Below, piece after piece: positions 30,039-39,569 of a stretch of DNA of 64,000 nucleotides. This stretch comes from an uncultured Bdellovibrio sp. (GTDB lineage: Bacteria > Bdellovibrionota > Bdellovibrionia > Bdellovibrionales > Bdellovibrionaceae). The stretch's first letter is position 1, and each line of letters begins with the position of its first letter. The stretch covers positions 10,372 to 74,371 of the forward strand of contig CAWVRN010000023.1 in the NCBI GenBank assembly GCA_963932905.1. The letters run 5' to 3'. The notes under the pieces are model-generated. The model was given only the letters and a program-made list of their open reading frames with translations. It ran no database searches and was not told the origin of the DNA. Made by a program: the position numbers and the translations under genes.

Positions 30039-32712
30039 ACAGTCATTTATCGATTATTTTAAAAAACAAAACCACACCGCAGTGGCCAGTTCGTCTTTGA
30101 TCCCTGAAGATGATCCGACACTTCTTTTTACCAATGCGGGTATGAACCAGTTCAAGAATGCATTCTTGGGATTAGAAAAACGTCCTTACTCGCGCGCTGT
30201 AACCTCACAAAAATGTGTTCGCGCGGGCGGTAAGCATAATGATTTGGACAACGTGGGTTTCACAGCTCGTCACCATACATTTTTTGAAATGCTTGGAAAC
30301 TTTTCTTTTGGTGATTATTTTAAGAAAGATGCCATTCACTATGCATGGGAATTTTTAACCAAAGATTTGGGTTTAGATAAAAACCGTCTATACGTCACCG
30401 CATTTGAAACCGATGATGAAGCCGCGGATATCTGGCACAAGCAAGAGGGCATCCCAAAAGATCGTATCTTCCGATTTGGCGAAAAAGATAATTTCTGGAG
30501 AATGGGTGACACGGGACCTTGCGGGCCATGTTCTGAAATTTTTTACGATCGTGGTGAACAATTTGGTAAGGAAAAAGATCCATATAAAAGTATCGCGAGT
30601 GGTGAAGATCGTATCGTTGAAATTTGGAATCTGGTGTTTATGCAATTCTTTGAAAAATCACCGGGCGTGCTAGAACCACTTCCTAAACCATCTGTAGATA
30701 CGGGTTCTGGCTTAGAGCGTGTGGTTGCTGTCGTACAAAACCAATTAAACAATTACGATACTGATTTATTTGCGCCCATGATTCAAACAGCGATGAAAGT
30801 CAGCGGGGTTGAATATGTGAACGATCGCGCGAAATTAGCGGCTCATGCTGAACTAGCAGAGCGTGCGGCGGCTTTCCGTGTTCTTGCCGATCACTGCCGC
30901 ACAACGGGTTTCCTGATTGCGGACGGTGCGCTGCCTGGCAACGAAGGTCGCGGTTACGTTCTACGTCGTATCATGAGACGTGCCATCCGTTACGGACGCA
31001 AGTTATCTGATAAATCATTATTACTGCCGATGGTGGATTCATTAATTGGTCACATGGGTGATGTTTATCCAGAGTTAAAAAACCGTCGCGAGTTTATTTT
31101 ATCTTCTGTTAAAGATGAAGAAACACGTTTCATCCAAACATTGGATACAGGCGCAGAGATTCTTGAAAATGAAATCAAAAATTTAAAAGCTAAAAACCAA
31201 AAGAAAATGCCGGGCGAGATTACATTTAAAATGTACGATACGTATGGCTTTCCAGTGGACTTAACTCGCTTGATCGCAAACGAGAAAAATATTGAAGTCG
31301 ATGAATCAGAATTTGAAACGTTCTTGAATCAGGCAAAATCGAAATCAAAAGCCAGCTGGAAAGGCAAAGCTTTGGATTCAGACCAAGCTCACTTGATCAA
31401 ATGGTCAAATGATGTCAGTCAGAAATCGGCAAAAACAATATTCAAAGGGTACGAGACGTTAGCGGATGATTTCAAAGTTGTGGCGCTGTCTAATGGTCGT
31501 CAAGCGGTTGAAAAACTAAATGCGGGTGAAACTGGATTTGTTATCTCTAGCCAAACACCATTCTATGCCGAAGGCGGCGGTCAAGCTGGCGATCAGGGAA
31601 TTTTAGAAGGTTCCGGAATCAAGGCGACGGTAACAAACACGACTAAAATGAACGATATGTTCATGCATGAAGTTCAAGTTGAACAAGGTACACTTGCGAT
31701 CGATACAGCTTTGAAAGCTAATGTGGATGATAAAGCTCGTAAATTAACGGCTTCGAATCACTCGGCGACTCACTTAATGCATGCGGCGCTTAGAAAAACG
31801 TTGGGCGAAAGTGTGACTCAAGCCGGCTCGTTAGTAGATGCTCAGAAGTTGCGTTTCGATTTCACATTCAATCGTCCACTGACTCCAGAAGAGATCACTA
31901 AGATCGAAGACATGGTGAATGAACAAATTTACCGTGGTGATGCGGTGTCGACTCATAACATGAGTTATAAGAAAGCATTGGATTTCGGTGCGCTGGCATT
32001 GTTTGGGGAGAAGTATGGCGATGAAGTACGCGTTCTGAAAATGGGCGATTTTTCGACAGAGCTTTGCGGTGGAACTCACGTTCATAATACGGCTGAAATT
32101 CGATTGTTTAAAATCGTTTCTGAAACGGGCGTCAGCAGTGGTGTTCGTCGTATCGAAGCTTTGACGAATAAAAACGCGTTAGATTATTTAAACAAAATTC
32201 AAAAAGAAACTCAGCTGGCTAAAGCCTCTGCGTCTGTTTTTGAAAAATGGGATTCTTACCTAGCCAGCACTCAGTTTGAATTGCCAAATTGGATAGAAGC
32301 GAAGAAAAATGAAATCAAAGATTTGGAAAAACAAATCCGCAAATTGAAGTCTGGCCAAGTTGATATCGATGGTGCGGTGGCATCGGCTCAGAAAACAGCG
32401 AAAAATGTTCCATTCGTGGCGCAAATGTTCGCGGTTGATGATCGTGAAGCTTTGTCAGAAATTGCCGATAAAATTAAAAATAAACTACAAACTGGTATCG
32501 TGATCGTCATCGGTAAAGAAGAGGGAACGTTCCCAATGATCGTATCAGTATCTAAAGATGCGTCTGCACAGGTTAAAGCAGGTGATGTCGTTAAATTTTT
32601 AGCACAGAAATACGGTGGCAAGGGCGGCGGTCGACCAGATTTTGCCCAAGGATCGATGTCCCAAGAACCTAAGCTAGAAGAATTAAATGGGTTAGTAAAA
32701 TCTCAGTTCTAA
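30019..32712 (+). CDS. alaS: alanine--tRNA ligase
   Basis: LLFTNAGMNQFK, HHTFFEMLGNFSFGDYFK, HSATHL, ELCGGTH, GGGRPDFAQG. GTG start at 30019 after GGGAG. Confidence 0.98.
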   Translation: MNSHQVRQSFIDYFKKQNHTAVASSSLIPEDDPTLLFTNAGMNQFKNAFLGLEKRPYSRAVTSQKCVRAGGKHNDLDNVGFTARHHTFFEMLGNFSFGDYFKKDAIHYAWEFLTKDLGLDKNRLYVTAFETDDEAADIWHKQEGIPKDRIFRFGEKDNFWRMGDTGPCGPCSEIFYDRGEQFGKEKDPYKSIASGEDRIVEIWNLVFMQFFEKSPGVLEPLPKPSVDTGSGLERVVAVVQNQLNNYDTDLFAPMIQTAMKVSGVEYVNDRAKLAAHAELAERAAAFRVLADHCRTTGFLIADGALPGNEGRGYVLRRIMRRAIRYGRKLSDKSLLLPMVDSLIGHMGDVYPELKNRREFILSSVKDEETRFIQTLDTGAEILENEIKNLKAKNQKKMPGEITFKMYDTYGFPVDLTRLIANEKNIEVDESEFETFLNQAKSKSKASWKGKALDSDQAHLIKWSNDVSQKSAKTIFKGYETLADDFKVVALSNGRQAVEKLNAGETGFVISSQTPFYAEGGGQAGDQGILEGSGIKATVTNTTKMNDMFMHEVQVEQGTLAIDTALKANVDDKARKLTASNHSATHLMHAALRKTLGESVTQAGSLVDAQKLRFDFTFNRPLTPEEITKIEDMVNEQIYRGDAVSTHNMSYKKALDFGALALFGEKYGDEVRVLKMGDFSTELCGGTHVHNTAEIRLFKIVSETGVSSGVRRIEALTNKNALDYLNKIQKETQLAKASASVFEKWDSYLASTQFELPNWIEAKKNEIKDLEKQIRKLKSGQVDIDGAVASAQKTAKNVPFVAQMFAVDDREALSEIADKIKNKLQTGIVIVIGKEEGTFPMIVSVSKDASAQVKAGDVVKFLAQKYGGKGGGRPDFAQGSMSQEPKLEELNGLVKSQF

Positions 32713-32794
32713 ATAGCGGGTATAAATTACATAAGCCGTGCCCGATATTGTAAAATTCTTTGCCTATAGAAAGAATTAAAGCGATATCGGGTCT

Positions 32795-33982
32795 ATGAAA
32801 AAAATCGTATTTATTCTAGCGGCTTACGCATTATCATTTAACTTTGCATTGGCTCAATCCGTAACGGTTTCGGGTGCAGAAAAAAAGAAAATCGTTAAAC
32901 AAAAAACAGCCGCGAAATCAGCAGCTAGCAAATCAAATAATTCAACTCTAGCAACTAACAAAAAATTTTGGGATGCAGAAACTGCATCACCGATTTTCAT
33001 AGTACAAAATATCGCGACAGAAAAAATGCGTGTGTACAAACGCTGCGTGCAAGCTGCGCCGTGTGCGCATGAATTGTTATTTGAGGCAGATATGATTGTC
33101 GGTCACAGCACCAGCAATCAAAATGATCCGAACGTGTTTGCAACTAAACTTGGGCATTTTAAAATTGCTAAATGGACTAAATTTTTCGAGGACAAAAATG
33201 GTAAGTTCCCTGCGTGGTACAAATCAGATTCCAATATGATTCCAAAAGGCTCTGCTCCAAAAGAATGGATCGGTAAACGTGGTGCTTACGGTTGGTTAAC
33301 GGCGCAACTGGGACCAAGTGGTGGTGAACAGGTGGTTCATGGTACTTATGGTTGGGGCGCAGATAAAGATAGCTTCCTGACTTACTTCAGAAATCCATTC
33401 GTTAGTTTTATTGATGACCCAATGGCTGTCGGTGCGACTCGTGTTGAAAATCAGGCAATTGCCTACACTCGTCACCTTGCAGATATCGGGACGGATGTAT
33501 TGCGCGTTTACGCATTAGAAGCGTATGTCGATCCAACCCTAGCTCGTTATGAAGAGTATAAAACTCAAAAGCCGTTCTGGGACTGGGTTTTAACAAGCAA
33601 AGATGCCCAGAAGGATGCCGTCAGTATCGATCGCAATGTTCAGCTCAAAAAGAATTACGTTTATTCAGATGTTATCGAAGAGGGGCGTTTTGAAATCGAT
33701 CGCTACCCAACGGGAATGCCCTACAGCTCGACACTGTTTGGCTTAGGCGCCGGTTCGGGAACAACAGGCAACACGTACCAAATTAAACGTAAGCAATTCA
33801 AAGGCGTTTACTTGATCGATGAAGGTCGGTTTGTAGATTATGAGCACCCACAAGTTAAAGAATTACCGGTGGCTGGTTACCCTCAGCATGTGTTACCGGC
33901 GTATGTCGTTTCAAAAAATTCAACGTATGTTTTAATTCCGGCGGTGAAACCCGCTGAAGACACGAACGAACACTCGTTTTAA
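32795..33982 (+). CDS. secreted L,D-transpeptidase (YkuD)-like protein lacking the catalytic Cys
   Basis: Signal peptide; FIVQNIATEKMRVY, DMIVG, TKLGHFKI, VHGT...AVGATRVEN (expected SxGCxR). Confidence 0.7.
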   Translation: MKKIVFILAAYALSFNFALAQSVTVSGAEKKKIVKQKTAAKSAASKSNNSTLATNKKFWDAETASPIFIVQNIATEKMRVYKRCVQAAPCAHELLFEADMIVGHSTSNQNDPNVFATKLGHFKIAKWTKFFEDKNGKFPAWYKSDSNMIPKGSAPKEWIGKRGAYGWLTAQLGPSGGEQVVHGTYGWGADKDSFLTYFRNPFVSFIDDPMAVGATRVENQAIAYTRHLADIGTDVLRVYALEAYVDPTLARYEEYKTQKPFWDWVLTSKDAQKDAVSIDRNVQLKKNYVYSDVIEEGRFEIDRYPTGMPYSSTLFGLGAGSGTTGNTYQIKRKQFKGVYLIDEGRFVDYEHPQVKELPVAGYPQHVLPAYVVSKNSTYVLIPAVKPAEDTNEHSF

Positions 33983-34431
33983 ACTAACGGTTTAAGCAGA
34001 TCGTCCTCAGACTTCTTTTGCTGTTGGGCGATCGTTTTGATCTCGTCGGCTGAATACAATCGGCCTTTGCCGATTCCTGGGCAGAACGAAACGACATCTT
34101 TTTTCCATGCTTTTGCATTCAGAACCTCTGGCCAAAATGGCCATGTCCGGCACTGAGTAGGGCGGGCTTCATACACCGAGCACTGTTTGTTCTTAAGGAA
34201 CATGCAATCAGTGTCTTTGGGGTCTTCTTTTAGATGCCAGACCCCACTGCGATTTTCGCAATAGCGTAGGGTAAAACTTCGGGTAGAAATCTTAAGGTAT
34301 TTGGCAAAACGACGGCGGTCTTCTAGGGTCAAAAATACAAATCCGTACTCGCCATGTGACGTACAGCACTTTCCAGAGCCCTGACACTGAAATTTCAGTC
34401 CATTTTGAATTAATTTTTCTTCAATTTTCAC
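33979..34431 (-). CDS. YkgJ family cysteine-cluster (CxxCxxCC) protein
   Basis: FQCQGSGKCC, CMFL..QCSVYEARPTQCRTWPFW, CPG. Confidence 0.9.
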   Translation of the reverse strand: MKIEEKLIQNGLKFQCQGSGKCCTSHGEYGFVFLTLEDRRRFAKYLKISTRSFTLRYCENRSGVWHLKEDPKDTDCMFLKNKQCSVYEARPTQCRTWPFWPEVLNAKAWKKDVVSFCPGIGKGRLYSADEIKTIAQQQKKSEDDLLKPLV

Positions 34432-34552
34432 TCGAAACCTTCTTTTAGAGCCTGTATTGGGGCGTATAAAATACCATACAACATTTGCATATATTGTAAA
34501 GGCCCTTGATCTATGCTAACCGTAACTTCTCATATATTTTTTAGGAGCTGCC

Positions 34553-35503
34553 TTGATTTTCGCCTCTCAAGACTTAAAGATTTATAGCCCCCAGGATTTC
34601 CCGGCTTATTTGCCAAAACTAAATAGTTTGTACGATGATTTGTTTTCTGGTGGTAAAGGCTTTCGCTCGCAATTGGTAAAATGGACATCTCAAAGTCTAT
34701 CAGTTCCCGCTGAGACTCAAAAGCTACTGGCTCAAACAATCGAATTTATTCACAATGCCTCGTTATTACATGATGACCTAGTCGATCGTTCCCATTTACG
34801 TCGCGGAAAGCCGGCGGCATGGACTAAGTACACACCAGAATACGCCGTTCTGGCGGGTGACTATCTTTTAGCGCGCGTGATGGTGAATCTGTCTCGTTTC
34901 GGTAATATTGATCTAGTTCAGTACACGGCAGAAATGATTTCTGATTTGTTAGAAGGCGAATGGTTGCAAGATTCGGTTGTTGGTGATTTTTATATTCAGT
35001 TAGAACAACTCGATCGTATTCATGAACTAAAAACATCGTCGTTATTTAAATGGTGCTTGAAGGCGCCATTGGTAGCTAGCCGTTACCCAAATAAGACAGT
35101 GACTGGTTTGCTAGAAGAAATGGGATCTATCCTAGGGCAGCTGTTTCAGCGCAGCGATGATTTATTAGATTACGATGTTCGTAATGCTGAAAACAAAGCC
35201 ATCCTTGGGGATTTAAAATCAAAATATTTAAATTCATTCGGTACATTTGTTTGCCGTGGCCGTTCCCGTGACGAGATCACTAAAATTGTAAACAGCCAAA
35301 GCTTAGGCGAATTTAAATTAAATTTAGGCGGCGAAGCCGTGTTTGATGCTTTATTGAAAGAGTTTGATGAAATCAATTCTCAGAAAATCAAGCTGTACAA
35401 TCATCTTTTAGAGAAACTAAGAGAACAGTTACAACCATCAGAGCTAGAGCTGGTGAAATTCTTGAAGCCACTTCCTGATCTGCTTTACTGGCGCAGGAAA
35501 TAA
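34553..35503 (+). CDS. polyprenyl diphosphate synthase
   Basis: GGKGFR, HNASLLHDDLVD..RRG, GDYL, KTSSLF, FQRSDDLLD. Confidence 0.93.
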   Translation: MIFASQDLKIYSPQDFPAYLPKLNSLYDDLFSGGKGFRSQLVKWTSQSLSVPAETQKLLAQTIEFIHNASLLHDDLVDRSHLRRGKPAAWTKYTPEYAVLAGDYLLARVMVNLSRFGNIDLVQYTAEMISDLLEGEWLQDSVVGDFYIQLEQLDRIHELKTSSLFKWCLKAPLVASRYPNKTVTGLLEEMGSILGQLFQRSDDLLDYDVRNAENKAILGDLKSKYLNSFGTFVCRGRSRDEITKIVNSQSLGEFKLNLGGEAVFDALLKEFDEINSQKIKLYNHLLEKLREQLQPSELELVKFLKPLPDLLYWRRK

Positions 35504-35505
35504 AC

Positions 35506-36594
35506 TTGGACAAGTTTATAACGGTTAAGAAGGATTCTCCGGACTTTCAAAGATATATCGAGAATCGAGTTAGTAATTTCCGAGCGGTTCCGGTGGAATC
35601 GCAAAATATCAATACTGAATTAGAAATGGTGACGTTCGAGCTTAAGGAAATGAGCGAGTTTGCTTCGATTTCTTTAAAACAAAAAATCGTTCCTCTATTA
35701 AAACTAAATAAATTCCTATATTTTTTCTTTCCTATTTTTTACGTTGTAGCCACTTCATGGTTAAACTCCTACGTGGTTGATGAAGTCACGCTGCTGCTGT
35801 CTTGGTTTTCAGTGACGTGCTTATTTTTGGCTGTCAATTTAAGAGCTGATTACATTGATCATATGATTGGTCTTGATCGCATTTTGAAAAAGACAGCCAC
35901 CAAACCTGTCAGTTTAGGCTGGGTTAGTGCTTATCGTGTAAAGCAGATGTCCTATGTATTTTTAGGCGCATCTGTGGCTATGGGGGTTCCCATTGTTATT
36001 GCATTTCCCATCGTTTTATCGGCGATGGCGTGTGCGACGGTAATCATATTCTGGGCAGTATTAAGGCAGCGCCATTCGTTTCGTTCCCACTTGTTAGGCG
36101 ATTTTGGCTGGTCGTTATTGCTGGGACCAATCTTAAGTGTTGGCTTTGAGTTATCGATTCGTGGGGATTCATCGACGCAGACATTTTTGTTTGGTTTAGT
36201 TTGGGGAGTGGTGGTGTTCTACCGCATTCAATTACAAAACTTTGAAGTCATCATGGAAGCATCGGTGGCCAAAATTAAAAATGGAATTACTTGGCTTGGT
36301 TTTGATAAAGGCAAAGATCTAATTCTAGGTTTGTGGGTGGCGTGCATCCTTTTATTCGCCGCTTTTCATATGATTTATTCGCATTGGTTGTACTGGATTT
36401 CTACGGTTATTTTATGCGCGATTTTTACCTATAGATCGCGTTCGACATTTCAAAACTTAAAATCTCCAGTGGGTTCTGAAATGGGACTGTTTATCAAAGA
36501 CTTTCATCAGTTATACGTTCTACTGACGGTACTGTGGGCGGTGAGCATAGGTTTTCTGTTCTTGGTGCAAATGTTCGGCAAGGTTTTGGTATAA
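35506..36594 (+). CDS. divergent UbiA/MenA-like prenyltransferase family membrane protein
   Basis: Multi-TM; NLRADYIDHMIGLDR resembles the first Asp-rich motif; follows the polyprenyl synthase. Confidence 0.6.
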   Translation: MDKFITVKKDSPDFQRYIENRVSNFRAVPVESQNINTELEMVTFELKEMSEFASISLKQKIVPLLKLNKFLYFFFPIFYVVATSWLNSYVVDEVTLLLSWFSVTCLFLAVNLRADYIDHMIGLDRILKKTATKPVSLGWVSAYRVKQMSYVFLGASVAMGVPIVIAFPIVLSAMACATVIIFWAVLRQRHSFRSHLLGDFGWSLLLGPILSVGFELSIRGDSSTQTFLFGLVWGVVVFYRIQLQNFEVIMEASVAKIKNGITWLGFDKGKDLILGLWVACILLFAAFHMIYSHWLYWISTVILCAIFTYRSRSTFQNLKSPVGSEMGLFIKDFHQLYVLLTVLWAVSIGFLFLVQMFGKVLV

Positions 36595-36596
36595 CC

Positions 36597-37382
36597 GTGA
36601 CAACGGTTTATTTTATTCATGACGAATCGGGCACTCAAGCACAGATCATTGAATTTCTAAATCCGTTCTATCGCTTAATTACGGAAACTTTAAATTTTTC
36701 ATTCGAAAATTTAAAAACGAAAGAACTTTATGCACAGATCGACATGCGTTTGGAAACCACGCCGTTTGATTTTTTGCTGATTCAGCATGATGGACAGTTG
36801 GAATTATTCGATGCTGAGAAACGCAGAATTCGAATCGATTTTGACGGTGATAGGCTTAATTACAGCCGAAAAGTCATCGCGAAAGATCCCTTCTTGCGGG
36901 CGATCGGTCAGAATCGAAAAAATGTTCTGGATGTATCGGCGGGTTTAGCAATTGATTCTATTTTTTTATCACAACATGGTCACAATGTGACGGCCGTGGA
37001 ACGAAACCCTTTGCTATACGCGCTTCTTAATCACGCCAAAGACCATTCTGAAAATTTAAAAAAACGAAATGTAGATTTTAAATTTGGTGATGCTAAGACG
37101 TTTGTTCAAACTTTGAAATCCAAAGATGACTTTGACTGTATTTATTTTGATCCCATGTTTCCGGATAAGGCGAAATCAGCGCTGCCTAAACAAGAGATGG
37201 TTTTGTTTAGACAGCTAGTTGGCAGTGACACCGATGCGGCCGAAATCTTGGAAGCTTTGCTAAAAACGGGTTGCCGAGTGGTTGTCAAACGGCCGGCGTA
37301 CGCCGAGCCGATCGGTTTCAAACCGACGAATGCATTTGAATCTAAACTGCTTAGATTCGACATTTACGAAAATTACAAATGA
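36597..37382 (+). CDS. rsmJ: RsmJ-like SAM-dependent methyltransferase
   Basis: LDVSAGLAID, VERNP, YFDPMFP, SALPKQEM, VVVKRP, RFDIY. Confidence 0.85.
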   Translation: MTTVYFIHDESGTQAQIIEFLNPFYRLITETLNFSFENLKTKELYAQIDMRLETTPFDFLLIQHDGQLELFDAEKRRIRIDFDGDRLNYSRKVIAKDPFLRAIGQNRKNVLDVSAGLAIDSIFLSQHGHNVTAVERNPLLYALLNHAKDHSENLKKRNVDFKFGDAKTFVQTLKSKDDFDCIYFDPMFPDKAKSALPKQEMVLFRQLVGSDTDAAEILEALLKTGCRVVVKRPAYAEPIGFKPTNAFESKLLRFDIYENYK

Positions 37383-37393
37383 GGAAGTAACGT

Positions 37394-38551
37394 ATGCACG
37401 TGTTTATTGTAAATATTATTTTGATTTTGTGGGCCTTGCATAAGTTCGGGAAAAATATATCGACCGGAGTCCTTAGAATTCACTGGCTGACTAGGCCCGG
37501 AGTCGAATTAAAGGATTATATACTTTCGTCAGTTTTAGCGGGTTTTGATTCGCTAAGCTGGCGTCGAGATTTTGTGAATCAATCCCGTTTGTGGCGCTCA
37601 CAGATTTGGGATTTTAGGCGTTTCCTGTTTAGTAGTTCTCAAACGTTATTTAGCTTTTTTTGGGTGATGTTGTGCTTTGCTTTGTTTCTAGAGGTGGGAA
37701 GCTTTACAGTTTTGGGATTTGCTTTCATCGTACTAGCGGCCAGTTATATTCCTAAATTGCGTCTGATTCCATCGTTACGGGCATTGCGATCACTAGTTTA
37801 TTTTGCATTAAGTCTGTTTTTTCTTGAGCTCGCTTTCAAAAATTCGGGATTGATGATGCAATACTTGATGGATACTGAGCTAGTTTTTTTCCTTACCATT
37901 GATTCCATTGCGAATTTATTGCCGATCCTTGTGGGAGCCGTAGTTCTTGGTTTTTTTATCCCGGTTCAGGGTTGGTCTCTGGTCACTTCGTTTTTATTTT
38001 TTGTAAATTCGCAGCTGTCATTTCTAGGAATGGTATTTTTAGTTATCGGCGAACTTTTAGGAACGGCAATTTGGCTGATGGTGCGAGTTCGAAGTTGGGA
38101 TAACTACTACCAAAAGAAACTAGGCCATTTGCTAAAATGGGTGGTTGGCTATTTGTTGGTTTTTGCAGTTGGTGCATTTGTTTGGAAACGTCTGTTTACC
38201 TTCGGACGGACTTTTAATGAGCTTGAATTGCTAAAATGGATTTTCTTAGGAACCATTCTTCTTTTGTTAGCCGGACTTTATGTAACGGTTATGGCCTGGG
38301 GGCATTTCACCGTCGTCAAGCAAGACAAAGACGTGGTGGTTTCTGACGCAGGATTGATAGGCGAGCTTGAAAGAAATTCGGATGATCCTGTGTCATTATT
38401 TATTACCGCTCAGCTTCGAGCCCGTCTTGAAAAGCTTCAAGTTTATCGAAATGATCTGCGTACCGACCCAGAAAGCAAAAAGAAGATACCTCCTTTTGTC
38501 CTTAACCAGTTCGAAGCCGAGATTAAAATAATTGTGCGTCTGAAATCATAG
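37394..38551 (+). CDS. multi-pass membrane protein, possibly a divergent Na/Pi-cotransporter-like protein
   Basis: About 9-10 hydrophobic segments; GELLGT loosely resembles GANIGT. Family call is weak. Confidence 0.5.
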   Translation: MHVFIVNIILILWALHKFGKNISTGVLRIHWLTRPGVELKDYILSSVLAGFDSLSWRRDFVNQSRLWRSQIWDFRRFLFSSSQTLFSFFWVMLCFALFLEVGSFTVLGFAFIVLAASYIPKLRLIPSLRALRSLVYFALSLFFLELAFKNSGLMMQYLMDTELVFFLTIDSIANLLPILVGAVVLGFFIPVQGWSLVTSFLFFVNSQLSFLGMVFLVIGELLGTAIWLMVRVRSWDNYYQKKLGHLLKWVVGYLLVFAVGAFVWKRLFTFGRTFNELELLKWIFLGTILLLLAGLYVTVMAWGHFTVVKQDKDVVVSDAGLIGELERNSDDPVSLFITAQLRARLEKLQVYRNDLRTDPESKKKIPPFVLNQFEAEIKIIVRLKS

Positions 38552-38625
38552 CTGGTTACGGACCGGCGGTCTTGATTTAGATTATTTGATTGAGGCCGAT
38601 ACGGCCTTCTCCTATGATTAACTCT

Positions 38626-39519
38626 ATGAGTGCGGACATCCAGGATTTAGTTGAGAAAATCAAAGACCTTGAAAATCAGTTGTTAGAAAAAGACAACGAG
38701 CTGTTTGCTTATAGGAAAACCGTCACGCAGCTGAATGGTGAAATTGAAAAACTGATCACCAAGGTGTCAGGGCAATTGAATCTGGCTCAAGACATTCAAA
38801 AGTTCTTACAACCCACGAACATCCCCATCATTCAAGGTATCGATTTCAGCACTAAGTTTCTGGCGGGAAGTCGTTTTGGGGGCAACTATTACGATATTTT
38901 TGAACATCAAGATAAGCTAAAGATATCTATTCTTCTGTCCAGTGCTTCGGGATTTAGTGTGTCTTCACAAGTTCTTTCGATATTGATCAAAATGTCGACG
39001 ATTCGAGAAATTCGTAAAGGAACCCCTAACGAGAAAATCCTTGAAATGATTTTCTCTGAATTGGTGCCAGTGCTGGGCGAAAAAGACAACGCGAGTTTAT
39101 TTTTAGGCACCATCGATAAACGTAACTATCAATTCAGCTATTCTAGGTCGGGCAGCTTTTATGCTTATCATCAAATTCATGGTCGCGAAACCTTGAGCGA
39201 ATTGTCGGAAACTCAAGGGTTGATGACCAGTAAATTTAATTCTGCGTTCCAATCTAGGCAGATGACCCTAAATCAGTTCGATCGACTGGTGATCCTGACT
39301 CAGGGGATTGTGGAAAACAAAAATAGAGCGGGTGTTTCATGGCCCGAGACAGCATTAAAAGAATCTATTCGCAAAGCGCCAAAAAAAGGGACACATGAAT
39401 TACGAAACGAAATCCTTTTTCAAAATGAAAAATATTTGGACGGGCATGAAATGGATTATGACGTTACTGTTCTAGTCGCAGAGGTCAAGGATCCTGTTAT
39501 TAAACTTGCGACTCCGTAA
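38626..39519 (+). CDS. SpoIIE/RsbU-type PP2C-like protein with degenerate metal ligands
   Basis: N-terminal coiled coil; LAQDIQKFLQP, GGNYYD, LTQGI, YDVTVL. Confidence 0.8.
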   Translation: MSADIQDLVEKIKDLENQLLEKDNELFAYRKTVTQLNGEIEKLITKVSGQLNLAQDIQKFLQPTNIPIIQGIDFSTKFLAGSRFGGNYYDIFEHQDKLKISILLSSASGFSVSSQVLSILIKMSTIREIRKGTPNEKILEMIFSELVPVLGEKDNASLFLGTIDKRNYQFSYSRSGSFYAYHQIHGRETLSELSETQGLMTSKFNSAFQSRQMTLNQFDRLVILTQGIVENKNRAGVSWPETALKESIRKAPKKGTHELRNEILFQNEKYLDGHEMDYDVTVLVAEVKDPVIKLATP

Positions 39520-39569
39520 GGACTTTGTTACTTTAAAAAATAAAAATTTAATTCATTCGGAAGGTAATT

